Below, piece by piece: positions 1 through 10,031 of a stretch of DNA of 64,000 bases (positions are counted from its first letter, which is position 1; every line of letters begins with the position of its first letter). Under the pieces are notes generated by a model. It was not told the origin of the DNA. It did not search any database and saw only the letters and a program-made list of their open reading frames with translations. The position numbers and the translations under genes were made by a program. Source of the stretch: an uncultured Acidobacteriota bacterium (GTDB taxonomy: Bacteria; Acidobacteriota; UBA6911; RPQK01; JAPXNP01). The stretch is taken from contig CAVZRV010000029.1 of the NCBI GenBank assembly GCA_963777605.1, positions 96,001 through 160,000 on the forward strand. Reading direction: 5' to 3'.

Positions 1-1
1 C

Positions 2-412
2 GTTTGCACGGCCGGTTCGGTGCTGGGAGCATCGCTCGGATACCTGATCGGTCTCCAGTTCTACGAAATGATCGGGCGGCCGATCATCGACCTCTATGGG
101 GCTCAGCAGAGTTACCAGACGGTACGGGATCTCTACCAGCACTGGGACGCCATCGCTGTTGGCGTGGCTGGATTTACACCGATTCCCTATAAGGTCTTCA
201 CGATTGCGGCGGGTGCGTTCGAGATTAACTTTCTGACCTTCATGCTGGCGTCCTTGATCAGCCGGGCCGGGCGCTTCTTTCTGGTCGGCGGGTTGATCTG
301 GTGGCTGGGGCCGGAGATCCAGCGCTTGATTGATCGCTACTTCAATCTCCTCACGATTGTCTTCGCGATTCTCCTCGTGAGTGGATTTGTAGTCGTGAAA
401 TATGTTATTTAG
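2..412 (+). CDS. DedA/YqaA (VTT domain) membrane protein, 5'-truncated by window edge
   Basis: Frame is open from position 2 (VCTAGSVLGASLGYLIG); motifs GFTPIPYKVFTIAAG and SRAGRFF are typical of YqaA/DedA. Confidence 0.85.
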   Translation, partial: VCTAGSVLGASLGYLIGLQFYEMIGRPIIDLYGAQQSYQTVRDLYQHWDAIAVGVAGFTPIPYKVFTIAAGAFEINFLTFMLASLISRAGRFFLVGGLIWWLGPEIQRLIDRYFNLLTIVFAILLVSGFVVVKYVI

Positions 413-462
413 TATCCTCTTCGGCCCGGTTCCGGCCGAGATGGTATTGGCAGTGTCAGAGT

Positions 463-539
<77 letters not shown>

Positions 540-583
540 GTTTTCTTCTTCACCGGAATGTTCCCCTGCCCGAGAACCGAGTC

Positions 584-853
584 ATGGAAGCCAGACGAGT
601 CATTCTGAAAGGGCGTGTCCAGGGCGTCGGGTTCCGGTACTTTGTCTACCGGCAGTCACAGCGACTTCCCGTCGGCGGCTGGGTTCGAAATCTCTGGAAT
701 GGAGACGTCGAGGTATTTGTCGAGGGCGAATCGCAACCGCTGAACGAATTTATCGCCTCCATCCGGAGCGGGCCGCCGGGCGCCTTCGTCAGTGACTGCG
801 AGGAGGAGAGCGCACCGCCGCAGGATATCCAGGACTTCAAGATCAAGGGGTGA
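584..853 (+). CDS. acyP: Acylphosphatase
   Basis: [10 protein letters not shown] and GWVRN signatures; start moved to ATG 584 because the longer ORF overlaps the tRNA. Confidence 0.93.
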   Translation: MEARRVILKGRVQGVGFRYFVYRQSQRLPVGGWVRNLWNGDVEVFVEGESQPLNEFIASIRSGPPGAFVSDCEEESAPPQDIQDFKIKG

Positions 854-857
854 CGAG

Positions 858-1376
858 ATGGAAGAGCTCAAGAAGTTGATTCGCGAGGTTCCCGATTTTC
901 CCAAGCCGGGAATCCTTTTCTACGACGTGACGACCCTGCTCAAGGATCCCGAGGGCTTGCGCAAGGTAATCGACGTCCTGACCGACCGCTACCGCGGACA
1001 GGGTATCCGGAAGGTTCTGGGCATCGAGTCCCGCGGTTTCATCCTCGGGCCCTCGCTGGCCTACAATCTCGGGGCGGGATTCGTACCGGTCCGCAAGAAG
1101 GGAAAGCTTCCCGCCAAGACCCTTCAGGTAACCTATGATCTTGAATACGGTACCGACACGCTCGAGATTCACGAGGATGCCGTTAGCCCGGGGGAGAAGG
1201 TCCTGATCGTCGATGATCTGATCGCGACCGGCGGAACCGCCGCGGCCACCGTGGAGATGGTTCACAAGTTGGGTGGAGACCTTGCCGGACTGGCTTTCCT
1301 GATCGAGTTGACGTTCCTCAACCCGAGAAGCAAGCTACCGGCTGATATCGATCTCTATTCGATGATTCAGTACTGA
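858..1376 (+). CDS. apt: Adenine phosphoribosyltransferase
   Basis: [40 protein letters not shown]. Confidence 0.96.
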   Translation: MEELKKLIREVPDFPKPGILFYDVTTLLKDPEGLRKVIDVLTDRYRGQGIRKVLGIESRGFILGPSLAYNLGAGFVPVRKKGKLPAKTLQVTYDLEYGTDTLEIHEDAVSPGEKVLIVDDLIATGGTAAATVEMVHKLGGDLAGLAFLIELTFLNPRSKLPADIDLYSMIQY

Positions 1377-1380
1377 TTCG

Positions 1381-2676
1381 TCAGAACCCTCCCGGGGCAC
1401 TCTTGAGCCGGTAGAGCATTTCGCCGGCTTTCGGGACCTTGAGGCGGCCGGGGCCCTGTTTCTCCCAGTGCTCCAAGTCGATAGCGGCGGGATCGAGGTA
1501 GCCGAGGCCGACCTTCTGGCAGCGCTCGGGAGAGATGCCCGTCGCCAGGGTGACGTTGACACGCGGTGACTCGACGGCGGTACTGCTGTTGAACGAGCCC
1601 AGCCCGCGGACGTGGGTACTGTGGGCAAGGACGCCTCCCGGGTAGTCGCGGAACCGGTCCCACTGCTTCAGGAAGTACTCGATGACGTGATATCCCACCT
1701 CGTCGAGCAGGTGCCCGTGGGTATAAGAGATCTCGTCGATGTGAGGGGCGTAGATGATCACTTCGCCGCCGTCCTCGACGACCGGCTCCATCTTGTACAT
1801 CCCCTTGGCTGCCGTCCAGATGTCGTCGTACATCGCAGGCATCATCGCGAGCACGGAGTGGACCGGATCGTCGAGCCAGCGGATGTGGACCTGGGCCGAC
1901 AGTTCGGCGGCATGGCGAAACGCGTCTTCCGGAGCGCCGACGAAAAGACCGGCCAGCCCGGAATCCCTGACCACCATGCTCATGCAGTGCCGGGGCCGCG
2001 CGATCAACGAGGCCGCCCGGTCGATTACCCTGCGGACCGGAGTTTCGATCGTCCCTATGATCCGCGAGCAGGACACCACTGCACCTAGCCAATGCGTGTA
2101 GTTGATTACCTCGGGACCACTGATTCCCGGGAAAAAGTACTTGTTCCCACCCGAAAAGCCCACTACTTCGTGGGGGAAGGTGGGGCCGCAAATTAGCAGG
2201 TGGTCGTGATCAATGGCCATCCGGTTCATCGTGACCGAAAGATCCCCCAGCAGGCCGGCGTCGTGCTCGAGATCGGCCAGGAACGGCCCGGCAATGTCCT
2301 CGATTTCCGCGGCCGGGATCGTTCCCACGCGGACAAAAGTTTCGGGCAGATCCCAACGATGATTGAACAGGCCGACCTCTTCGAAGTGTGTCTGGCGTTC
2401 TTCCTCGGAAATTCCCACCAACTGGGCCAGCGCAGCTTCACTCAGCGGGGGGTGGGTACCAAGCGCCACCAGAAAGTCGAGTTTCTCTACCCTGGGAAGG
2501 AGCAGGTCGGTCAGAATCCGAAAGAAAAGCGGTATTGGGGCAGTCCGGGTGCGGTCCGGAATAATCACGAGGAGACGAGACCCATCGAGCGGGATTTTCT
2601 GCAATCCCCGTGCGGTGACCTCCCGGATTTCGTCGGTTGTCATCAGACGGTCAGAAAACCCCAGTCCTGAGTACAT
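1381..2676 (-). CDS. LarA-family (nickel-pincer) 2-hydroxyacid racemase/epimerase
   Basis: LarA-like motifs IIPDRTR, VALGTH, PHEVVGFSGGNKYFFPGI. Confidence 0.8.
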   Translation of the reverse strand: MYSGLGFSDRLMTTDEIREVTARGLQKIPLDGSRLLVIIPDRTRTAPIPLFFRILTDLLLPRVEKLDFLVALGTHPPLSEAALAQLVGISEEERQTHFEEVGLFNHRWDLPETFVRVGTIPAAEIEDIAGPFLADLEHDAGLLGDLSVTMNRMAIDHDHLLICGPTFPHEVVGFSGGNKYFFPGISGPEVINYTHWLGAVVSCSRIIGTIETPVRRVIDRAASLIARPRHCMSMVVRDSGLAGLFVGAPEDAFRHAAELSAQVHIRWLDDPVHSVLAMMPAMYDDIWTAAKGMYKMEPVVEDGGEVIIYAPHIDEISYTHGHLLDEVGYHVIEYFLKQWDRFRDYPGGVLAHSTHVRGLGSFNSSTAVESPRVNVTLATGISPERCQKVGLGYLDPAAIDLEHWEKQGPGRLKVPKAGEMLYRLKSAPGGF

Positions 2677-2678
2677 CG

Positions 2679-3512
2679 CTACACTCCGCTGAATGCCTGA
2701 AAGCCGCCGTCAACCGGCAGGACCACGCCGGTGACGAAATCCGAAGCCGGAGACAACAGCCAGAGCACCGCTCCCAAAAGGTCCCGCGGATCCCCGAATC
2801 GTCCCGCCGGCGTGTGGGCGATAATCGACTCGCCTCTGGGAGTCAGTTTGCCGGTTTCCTGGTCGATAAGCAAGAAGCGGTTCTGGTCGGTCAGGAAGAA
2901 TCCAGGAGCCACGGCGTTTACCCGGATATTGGGAGAGTAGGTCTGTGCCAGGTGAACGGCCAGCCACTGCGTGAAATTGCTGACACCGGCCTTGGCCGCC
3001 GAGTATGCGGGGATCCGGGTTAGTGGTCGGAAGGAGTTCATTGACGAGATATTCAGGATCGTCCCCCGATCCTGTTCGGCCATCACGCGGGCCACCGATT
3101 GAGATGGAAGAATCGTCCCGAGGATATTCAGATCAAACACGAATCGAAGCGCCTCAGCCGGAAGATCGAAAAAGGGCAGATCCGGAGAAGTCGTGGCCTT
3201 GGGACTGTTTCCGCCAGCCCCGTTGATCAGGATGTCGATCGACCCGAAGGCGTCGCCGACCGCATCGACCGATTCTTGAATGGACTGGGCGTTCAGGACA
3301 TCACACTGCAGCGCAATCCAGCGCCGGCCGGACTGATCGAGGCGGTCTCTCCACCGATCTACGTTCTCCGGTGAGAGATCAAGAATCGCCACCTGGGCCC
3401 CCAGTTCCGCCAGCGTGCATGCGATCTCACCGCACAAAACTCCGGCTCCTCCGGTGATCATCACGGAACGCCCGTCAAAACGGAAGGAATCAAGGATCTC
3501 TTTAGCCTGCAA
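2679..3512 (-). CDS. SDR oxidoreductase, D-mannonate oxidoreductase (UxuB-like) subgroup
   Basis: TGGAGVLC, NGAGGN, SSMNSFRPLTRIPAYSAAKA, RVNAVAPGFF; TTG start 8 nt after an AGGAG RBS. Confidence 0.8.
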   Translation of the reverse strand: MQAKEILDSFRFDGRSVMITGGAGVLCGEIACTLAELGAQVAILDLSPENVDRWRDRLDQSGRRWIALQCDVLNAQSIQESVDAVGDAFGSIDILINGAGGNSPKATTSPDLPFFDLPAEALRFVFDLNILGTILPSQSVARVMAEQDRGTILNISSMNSFRPLTRIPAYSAAKAGVSNFTQWLAVHLAQTYSPNIRVNAVAPGFFLTDQNRFLLIDQETGKLTPRGESIIAHTPAGRFGDPRDLLGAVLWLLSPASDFVTGVVLPVDGGFQAFSGV

Positions 3513-3561
3513 ATCCAATTCTCCTGTCGGCCCGGAACCCGGCGGGTCCCCGACCGGAGTC

Positions 3562-4389
3562 TTACTTCTTGGGTGTGTCCGAGGTCTGAGTGTCGGCCGA
3601 TTCCGCAGCCGACGCTTCGGGGAATTCGTTGTCGGCAGTCTCGATACGGGGTTCGATGCGCTGGATCTTCCCGGCCGCCTCGGTAGCACTGCTGCTCCCT
3701 GGGAACTCCGCCGTGATTTTTCGATACTGTTCCAGGGCTTCCTGCAGGTTCCCTGTCGCCTCTGTCGCCTCGGCGACCCGCAGCATAATCACCGAACGGG
3801 GGAAATTGTCGGAGGGCGTTCCCAGGATCTCATTGTAGAGACTGATTGCCTGGTCGAAATCCTTATCTCCAAACGCGATCTGGGCCAGGGTGTTTCGAGC
3901 AAGGTTGGACACCGCTGGGTAGGACGAACTCTGGGCCAGGTCGTTGAGCTCTTTCTTGGCCTCATCGGTTCGGCCCAGTTCGTTTTCCGAGAGGGCCGTG
4001 TAATATTGGGACAATTCCCCGATCCGGGACCCGGAATAGTGGGCAGAAACTTCCTGGAAACGGGCCAGCGCTTTTTCGTACTTGTCGGTCGCAGTATCGT
4101 ATCGATACTTGGGCTTGACTTGCGGCTGGTTCGGGTCGGTCGGCTGCTCGGGTCCGACGGGTGCGTGGTACATCTCCAGCGCGTCCGCGAATTCCGACTG
4201 CATTTCTGTATCCCGCGAGCTCGAGTAATACTGCCAGCCGATACCGATCGCAATGGCGACCGCAACGACAACCAGCGCCCCTACCAGGTAGTTGAGGTTC
4301 TCGACGGCCCAGTGAGAAGTCTCGGTGAGCGTCCGATTAATGACGTCCTTTTGGACGATCTCCTTACGCGTGAGTTTCTTCGGCGACAT
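3562..4389 (-). CDS. Membrane-anchored TPR protein (YfgM/CpoB-like)
   Basis: Single N-terminal TM helix followed by TPR-like helical repeats; ends in FPGSSSATEA motif. Confidence 0.7.
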   Translation of the reverse strand: MSPKKLTRKEIVQKDVINRTLTETSHWAVENLNYLVGALVVVAVAIAIGIGWQYYSSSRDTEMQSEFADALEMYHAPVGPEQPTDPNQPQVKPKYRYDTATDKYEKALARFQEVSAHYSGSRIGELSQYYTALSENELGRTDEAKKELNDLAQSSSYPAVSNLARNTLAQIAFGDKDFDQAISLYNEILGTPSDNFPRSVIMLRVAEATEATGNLQEALEQYRKITAEFPGSSSATEAAGKIQRIEPRIETADNEFPEASAAESADTQTSDTPKK

Positions 4390-4491
4390 ACTGCTTGTTC
4401 CACCTGAATGAAAAAGTAGATACTCGATCGCAGGTCGGACAGTCCGGCCCCAGAGCCCCGACTCTCCCCTGTCCCTTTCCCAGAAAGACAA

Positions 4492-4565
4492 TGCGCCTGG
4501 CAGGACTCGAACCTGCGGCACAGGGGTTAGGAACCCCTTGCTCTATCCTCCTGAGCTACAGGCGC
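4492..4565 (-). tRNA. tRNA-Arg (anticodon CCT), CCA not encoded
   Basis: Reverse complement GCGCCTG-TAGCTCAGGAGGATAGAGC-AAGGGG-TTCCTAA-CCCCT...GCAGGTTCGAGTCCTGC-CAGGCGC-A. Confidence 0.95.
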
Positions 4566-4638
4566 ACCCTGAAAGCTGCAAGTGTAGCAGAAGGCCCACC
4601 GAGGTTGCCAATGCAAGCAGCAACGCGAAAGGGTGTGT

Positions 4639-4647
4639 TGGTATAAT
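4639..4647 (+). promoter_or_regulatory. Extended -10 promoter (TGgTATAAT) for dgt
   Basis: Perfect TGnTATAAT, 6 nt upstream of ATG 4654. Confidence 0.65.
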
Positions 4648-4653
4648 GACCGG

Positions 4654-5793
4654 ATGGTAGTCGCCGCGTACGCGATGACGGCTGAGCAATCCGAAGGCCG
4701 GCGATTTCCGGAGCGGCCCCATCCCTATCGGTCGGAGTTCCAGAGAGACCGCGATCGCGTGATCCACACCAAGGCGTTTCGCCGGCTGGAAAAGAAGACC
4801 CAGGTCTTTGCCCCAGACTACTCGGACCATTTCAGGAACCGGTTGACCCACACCCTCGAGGTCAGCCAGATCAGCCGGACGATTGCCGATGCGCTTTACC
4901 TGAATGCCGATCTATCCGAGGTGCTGGCGTTGAGCCACGACATCGGACATCCCCCCTTCAGCCATGAAGGGGAGAAGGTCCTCGACAGGCTGATGCGGCA
5001 GTACAGCAGCGGTTTTGACCACAACCTGCATGCACTGCGCATCGTGGAGGATTTCGAAGAGAAGTACGCCGCCTTTCGGGGGCTTAACCTGACGTTTGAA
5101 GTGCGCGAGGGAATCATCAAGCACAGCCGGGACTATGAATCCGGTCAGGATTACTACGTGGACGTCTCGGCTTATCGAATCGGGCAGCGGCCTCCGCTGG
5201 AGGCCCAGTTGATCGACGTCGCCGACGAGATCGCGTATAACTCGGCTGACCTGGACGACGGTTTTGATTCCGGGCTTCTCGACGTACGCCAGATGAAGTC
5301 GGGGATGGTTCTGTTTAGGGATTTGTGGGAAACAGTGGGACGGAGCTTTCCGGCGGCCGAGGAAAAGCTCAAGGTCAGTGAAGTGATTCGCCGGGTGATC
5401 AACACTTTGGTCACGGACTTGATCGAAGCCACCGGGCTGGCCCTCGAAAGTGCCGGCATTCGAAGTGTGGAGGGAGTGCGGAATCACCCTGGCCGGCTGG
5501 TTCGGTTCAGCCCCGACGTGGCTGTGCTGAACCGGGAGATCAAACAGTTCCTGCGGGCAGAATTGTACGACCACGTTGTGCTCAAAACGGCACGTGAGGA
5601 TGCCCAGCATCAAGTCGAAGCGATTTTCGAGTACTATGTTGGTTCTCCGGAGAAGCTTCCGTCGAGTCACCAGCTGCGGATTTCGGAACTGGGGCTTCAC
5701 CGGGTGGTTGCCGATTATGTCGCTGGAATGACGGATATGTACGCTCGCTCGCGTTTCCGGGAGATCTCCGGGGAAACCGAGATGGCGGGGTGA
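4654..5793 (+). CDS. dgt: Deoxyguanosinetriphosphate triphosphohydrolase (HD family)
   Basis: RSEFQRDRDRVIH, AFRRL-KTQV, RNRLTHTLEV, HDIGHPPF-H-GE, DYVAGMTD. Confidence 0.93.
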   Translation: MVVAAYAMTAEQSEGRRFPERPHPYRSEFQRDRDRVIHTKAFRRLEKKTQVFAPDYSDHFRNRLTHTLEVSQISRTIADALYLNADLSEVLALSHDIGHPPFSHEGEKVLDRLMRQYSSGFDHNLHALRIVEDFEEKYAAFRGLNLTFEVREGIIKHSRDYESGQDYYVDVSAYRIGQRPPLEAQLIDVADEIAYNSADLDDGFDSGLLDVRQMKSGMVLFRDLWETVGRSFPAAEEKLKVSEVIRRVINTLVTDLIEATGLALESAGIRSVEGVRNHPGRLVRFSPDVAVLNREIKQFLRAELYDHVVLKTAREDAQHQVEAIFEYYVGSPEKLPSSHQLRISELGLHRVVADYVAGMTDMYARSRFREISGETEMAG

Positions 5794-5811
5794 TGTGCGG
5801 GTGTGAAATTC

Positions 5812-5841
5812 TTGACACCCGAAAGAACTGTAGTATAGATT
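5812..5841 (+). promoter_or_regulatory. Sigma70-type promoter of the yceD-rpmF-fab operon
   Basis: TTGACA at 5812-5817 with TATAGA/TAGATT 16-18 bp downstream. Confidence 0.6.
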
Positions 5842-5885
5842 GTCAGGCTTTTTTAGGGCCTTTTTTGTAGAGCAGGACGGGATTG

Positions 5886-6419
5886 ATGATTATCGACCTC
5901 AGGGAACTGCGGCTCAAAGGGGAGCCTCTCGAGGTAGAAGGCCTGTTCACCAACGATGACTTGAAGGTGAACAGTGGCGTCATGAGCCTTGTCCGGCCGG
6001 CGGAAGCCCGGGTTCGTTTGGAACTGCGAGGGGATTCGGTTCGGGTCTCGGGAAATCTGAAATGCGACGTTTCCGTGACCTGCTGCCGTTGCACCAAAGG
6101 GTTTCAAAAGAGCCTGGAAAAGCGGTTTGGGGTTGACTACTGGCCTGATCCTGCCGTAGAGGATGGCGAGGAGTTTGAATTAACTTACAGCGATCTTGAC
6201 GTGGGTTTCTACAGGAACGACGAGTTGGATCTGTCGGCCGTACTGGGAGAGCAGGTCCTTCTTGAGATTCCGATGAAACCGGTTTGCCGGGAGGACTGCA
6301 AGGGGCTTTGCGACCAGTGCGGTGCCGACCTAAATGAAGGGGAGTGCTCGTGCGAGCGAACACGGGTGGATCCCCGGATGGCGTCGCTGGTGGAATATAA
6401 GAAGAAGAGATTCAACTAG
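5886..6419 (+). CDS. yceD: DUF177/YceD family protein
   Basis: CCRC and PMKPVCREDCKGLCDQCGADLN...DPR motifs; directly upstream of rpmF. Confidence 0.9.
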   Translation: MIIDLRELRLKGEPLEVEGLFTNDDLKVNSGVMSLVRPAEARVRLELRGDSVRVSGNLKCDVSVTCCRCTKGFQKSLEKRFGVDYWPDPAVEDGEEFELTYSDLDVGFYRNDELDLSAVLGEQVLLEIPMKPVCREDCKGLCDQCGADLNEGECSCERTRVDPRMASLVEYKKKRFN

Positions 6420-6440
6420 AGATTGAGAAGGAGGCTGTAA

Positions 6441-6623
6441 ATGGCCAATCCGAAGAGAAGACACTCCAAGTCCCGAAGGCGCAAGCGGAGATCGCACGAT
6501 TTTCTGACCGCTCCGAGTCTGTCGGTTTGCAGCAATTGTGGATCGCACTTTATGCCTCACCGGGTATGCCCGACGTGCGGGTACTACAAGGGGCGACAGG
6601 TCATCGAGGTAGCCGAGGTTTAG
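6441..6623 (+). CDS. rpmF: 50S ribosomal protein L32
   Basis: MANPKRRHSKSRRRKRR; CxxC...PHRVCxxCGYY. Confidence 0.97.
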   Translation: MANPKRRHSKSRRRKRRSHDFLTAPSLSVCSNCGSHFMPHRVCPTCGYYKGRQVIEVAEV

Positions 6624-6679
6624 CCCCTGAACCGCGCAGGGTCGCCGCTATTTTTAAGTTTCCAGGTTGAGGATTGATT

Positions 6680-7600
6680 GTGAGAGCATTTGTATTCCCC
6701 GGACAGGGTTCCCAGTATTCCGGAATGGGGAGGGAACTTGCCGAGGCCTATCCGGAGGCGCTTCGCGTTTTTGAGGAAGCCGACCAGGTCCTGGGGTTCC
6801 CATTGAGCACGCTTTGTTTCGAAGGGCCGGATGATCACCTCGTTTTGACCGAGAATACCCAACCGGCCCTGTTGGCGACTTCCGTGGCGGTGCTGCGCGT
6901 CCTGGAATCACGGGGCGTGAAACCCGACATAGTGGCCGGGCACAGCCTGGGGGAGTATTCGGCTCTGGTTGCAGCCGGCTGCCTGGAGTTTTCGGCTGCC
7001 CTGAAGTTGGTCCGGGAACGGGGCCGTTTTATGCAGGAAGCCGTCCCGGTCGGAGTCGGAACGATGGCCGCCGTCGTAGGTCTGGACCTGGTTACCGTGG
7101 AAGCCGTTTGCGCGGAAGCCGCACAGGGACAGGTTGTGGCGCCGGCCAACCAGAATTCGCCGGAACAGATCGCGATTGCCGGCCACACCGATGCGGTGGC
7201 CCGTGCCGGTGAGTTGGCCTCCCAGCGGGGTGCCAAGCGCGTAATCCCGCTCCCCGTCAGTGCTCCCTTTCATTGCGCTTTGATGAAGCCCGCCCAGGAT
7301 CGGATGCGTCCGCTTCTGGAACAGGTTGAGTTCAACGACCTGCGTGTTCCCCTCGTCAATAATTTCGACGCCAGGAAGATCACTCACGGTGACGAGGCAA
7401 GACAGGGGCTCGTTCAACAGATCGCGTCGATGGTGCGCTGGACCGAGAGTATTCAGACCATGCACCAGTCCGGCGTTGATGAGTTCGTGGAAGTTGGTCC
7501 GGGACGGGTGTTGATCGGCCTGATTCGGCGGATCGCCCGCGACACCCGGACGGTTCCGGTTGAAAAGCCAGCTCAGGTGGAAGACTATGTTCGATCTTAA
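6680..7600 (+). CDS. fabD: Malonyl-CoA:ACP transacylase
   Basis: FPGQGSQ, TENTQPA, GHSLGEY, VSAPFH; GTG start after GAGGA. Confidence 0.96.
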   Translation: MRAFVFPGQGSQYSGMGRELAEAYPEALRVFEEADQVLGFPLSTLCFEGPDDHLVLTENTQPALLATSVAVLRVLESRGVKPDIVAGHSLGEYSALVAAGCLEFSAALKLVRERGRFMQEAVPVGVGTMAAVVGLDLVTVEAVCAEAAQGQVVAPANQNSPEQIAIAGHTDAVARAGELASQRGAKRVIPLPVSAPFHCALMKPAQDRMRPLLEQVEFNDLRVPLVNNFDARKITHGDEARQGLVQQIASMVRWTESIQTMHQSGVDEFVEVGPGRVLIGLIRRIARDTRTVPVEKPAQVEDYVRS

Positions 7601-8315
7601 TGGACAGGTAGCCCTGATTACCGGGGCCGCGCGAGGAATTGGCCGCCGCATTGCTGACCTGCTCAAGGAGTCGGGCGCGACGGTCGTGATGTCCGATTTC
7701 GCGGATTGGGGTGAGGAACTCCAGGAGCTCGGAGACAACACGTTTGGCATTCGTTTGGACGTCACTTCGCCCGAGCGGATCAAGAATGTCGTCGCCCAGA
7801 TCGTCGAGCGCCTGGAGCGGATCGATATCCTGGTGAACAATGCCGGGATTACGAGGGACGGTTTGCTGATCCGGATGAAGGATGAGGACTGGAAGAAGGT
7901 CCTCTCCACCAATCTGGACGGAATCTTCTTTGTCACGAAAGAAGTTGTCGGTAGAATGATGCGCCAGCGTTATGGCCGGATCGTTAACTTGGCTTCGGTG
8001 GTCGGCTTGATGGGCAATCCCGGGCAGGCTAACTACGTGGCCAGCAAGGCGGGTGTGGTCGGTTTCACGAAAGCGGTGGCACGAGAAGTGGCGTCGCGAA
8101 ACATCACCGTGAATGCCGTCGCTCCCGGCTATATCGGCACGGCAATGACCGAGGATCTTAGCGATAAATCGAGGCAGGATCTACTGGGAATGGTTCCCGT
8201 TGGGCGTATGGGAAGCGTTGATGATGTAGCCTATGGCGCGTTGTTTCTGGCCTCCCGCGAGGCTGGATATGTAACAGGCCATGTGCTAAATATTAACGGC
8301 GGCATGTACATGTAG
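7587..8315 (+). CDS. fabG: 3-oxoacyl-ACP reductase
   Basis: [30 protein letters not shown]; fab operon context. Confidence 0.95.
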   Translation: MFDLNGQVALITGAARGIGRRIADLLKESGATVVMSDFADWGEELQELGDNTFGIRLDVTSPERIKNVVAQIVERLERIDILVNNAGITRDGLLIRMKDEDWKKVLSTNLDGIFFVTKEVVGRMMRQRYGRIVNLASVVGLMGNPGQANYVASKAGVVGFTKAVAREVASRNITVNAVAPGYIGTAMTEDLSDKSRQDLLGMVPVGRMGSVDDVAYGALFLASREAGYVTGHVLNINGGMYM

Positions 8316-8337
8316 CACAATAGGGTTTGGAGGAGAT

Positions 8338-8577
8338 ATGTCGGCAAGCGTAGCGGAAAAAGTCAAAGCGATTATTGTTGATCAGTTGGGTGTCAATGAG
8401 GCCGATGTCGCGTCGGATTCTCATTTTGTGGATGATCTTGGTGCGGACTCCCTGGATACCGTTGAACTCGTGATGAAGTTTGAAGAAGACTTCGATATCG
8501 AGATCCCGGACGAGGATGCCGAGAAGATCCAGACTGTCCAGGATGCAATTGATTACATTACCGCTCACAAGAACTGA
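8338..8577 (+). CDS. acpP: Acyl carrier protein
   Basis: [14 protein letters not shown] phosphopantetheine motif. Confidence 0.97.
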   Translation: MSASVAEKVKAIIVDQLGVNEADVASDSHFVDDLGADSLDTVELVMKFEEDFDIEIPDEDAEKIQTVQDAIDYITAHKN

Positions 8578-8601
8578 GTTCTCAAAGGTCGAGACGTCCT
8601 G

Positions 8602-9840
8602 ATGCGTCGCGTTGTTGTTACTGGAATCGGACTCATATCACCGTTGGGCCTGGACGCGAGTTCCACTTGGCGGGGACTTCTCGAGGGACGGAGCGGGATC
8701 AGTCAAATAGAACGGTTTGACGTTTCCCGCTTTTCCACCACGATCGCGGGCGAGATAAAGGATTTTGATCCTCTCAACTTTGTCGATCGGAAGAACGCCC
8801 GGAAGATGGATCGCTTCATCGCATATGCGGTAGCTGCGAGCGACGAGGCGATGCGGAGTTCCGGGCTGAAAATCGAAGGGGAACTGGCCTATCGGGCGGG
8901 AGTCTTTATCGGGTCTGGAATCGGCGGGTTTGAAACCATCGAGCGGGAGCACGTGAAGTTCCTGCGAGACGGCGCTAACCGGATTTCCCCGTTTTTTATT
9001 CCGGCGAGCATCATTAATGAGGCTGCCGGGCAGGTTTCCATACGAATCGGTGCTGCAGGCCCGAATTCGGCCACCTGTACCGCTTGTGCGGCCGGATGTC
9101 ACGCTATCGGCGATTCGTTTAAGATCATCCAGCGCGGAGCCGCCGACGTCATGGTCGCCGGTGGATCCGAAGCGGCGATCACTCCGATGGGAGTCGGAGG
9201 GTTCTCGTCTCTGAAGGCGTTGTCCACTCGCAACGACGAACCCCAGCGCGCCAGTCGTCCGTTCGACCGTGACCGGGACGGCTTCGTTGTGGGAGAGGGC
9301 GCCGGGTTGCTCGTTCTCGAAGAGTTGGATTTTGCGCGCCGGCGGGGAGCCAACATCCTGGCGGAAATCGTGGGCTACGGCATGAGTGCCGACGCCCACC
9401 ACATCACGCTGCCTCCTGAGGACGGCAACGGGGCTTACCGCGCCATGAAAGCGGCCCTTGACGACGCCGGTGTGGCGACGACCGAGATCGATTACGTCAA
9501 TGCACACGGGACCAGTACTCCGGTTAACGACCGGATCGAAACGCTGGCCCTGAAAAACCTGTTTGGAGAATACGCCTACAAGCTGGCGATCAGCTCGACC
9601 AAGTCGATGACGGGGCATCTGCTTGGGGCCGCCGGTGGTCTGGAGGCGGGGATCACGGTTCTTGCCATCTCCAACAGCATTATGCCCCCGACCATAAACC
9701 TCGATAATCCGGATTCGGACTGCGATCTGGATTACATTCCTCACACTGCCCGTGCGGGCCAGATTCAATACGCACTCTCCAATTCCTTTGGCTTTGGCGG
9801 CACAAACGGAGCTCTCCTCTTTAAACGATTCGAGGAATGA
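8602..9840 (+). CDS. fabF: 3-oxoacyl-ACP synthase II
   Basis: RRVVVTGIG, TACAAG, NAHGTST, KSMTGHLLGAAG, SNSFGFGGTN. Confidence 0.96.
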   Translation: MRRVVVTGIGLISPLGLDASSTWRGLLEGRSGISQIERFDVSRFSTTIAGEIKDFDPLNFVDRKNARKMDRFIAYAVAASDEAMRSSGLKIEGELAYRAGVFIGSGIGGFETIEREHVKFLRDGANRISPFFIPASIINEAAGQVSIRIGAAGPNSATCTACAAGCHAIGDSFKIIQRGAADVMVAGGSEAAITPMGVGGFSSLKALSTRNDEPQRASRPFDRDRDGFVVGEGAGLLVLEELDFARRRGANILAEIVGYGMSADAHHITLPPEDGNGAYRAMKAALDDAGVATTEIDYVNAHGTSTPVNDRIETLALKNLFGEYAYKLAISSTKSMTGHLLGAAGGLEAGITVLAISNSIMPPTINLDNPDSDCDLDYIPHTARAGQIQYALSNSFGFGGTNGALLFKRFEE

Positions 9841-10031
9841 GACGATTTCACGCAGCCGGGGGTGCCGCGCGGAGGCGCGGATTGGTGAAGACGGGAGTGT
9901 GCTAAATTCGAGCGGGAGTCGAAGCCGAGCCGGTTCTTCGGCGCATCGGCGGGCTCTCCTGTTCGACCCGTTAGGGAGGGACCTCTCAGCCAACGGAAGG
10001 GTGTGCTTGAGAGTCTCGTGCGGTCAAGCCC

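Noticed and set aside
9841-10031. c-di-AMP (ydaO) riboswitch upstream of the PgpH-like gene
   Set aside because: The conserved GCTGAATCC and GGGGAAC-type segments are not visible
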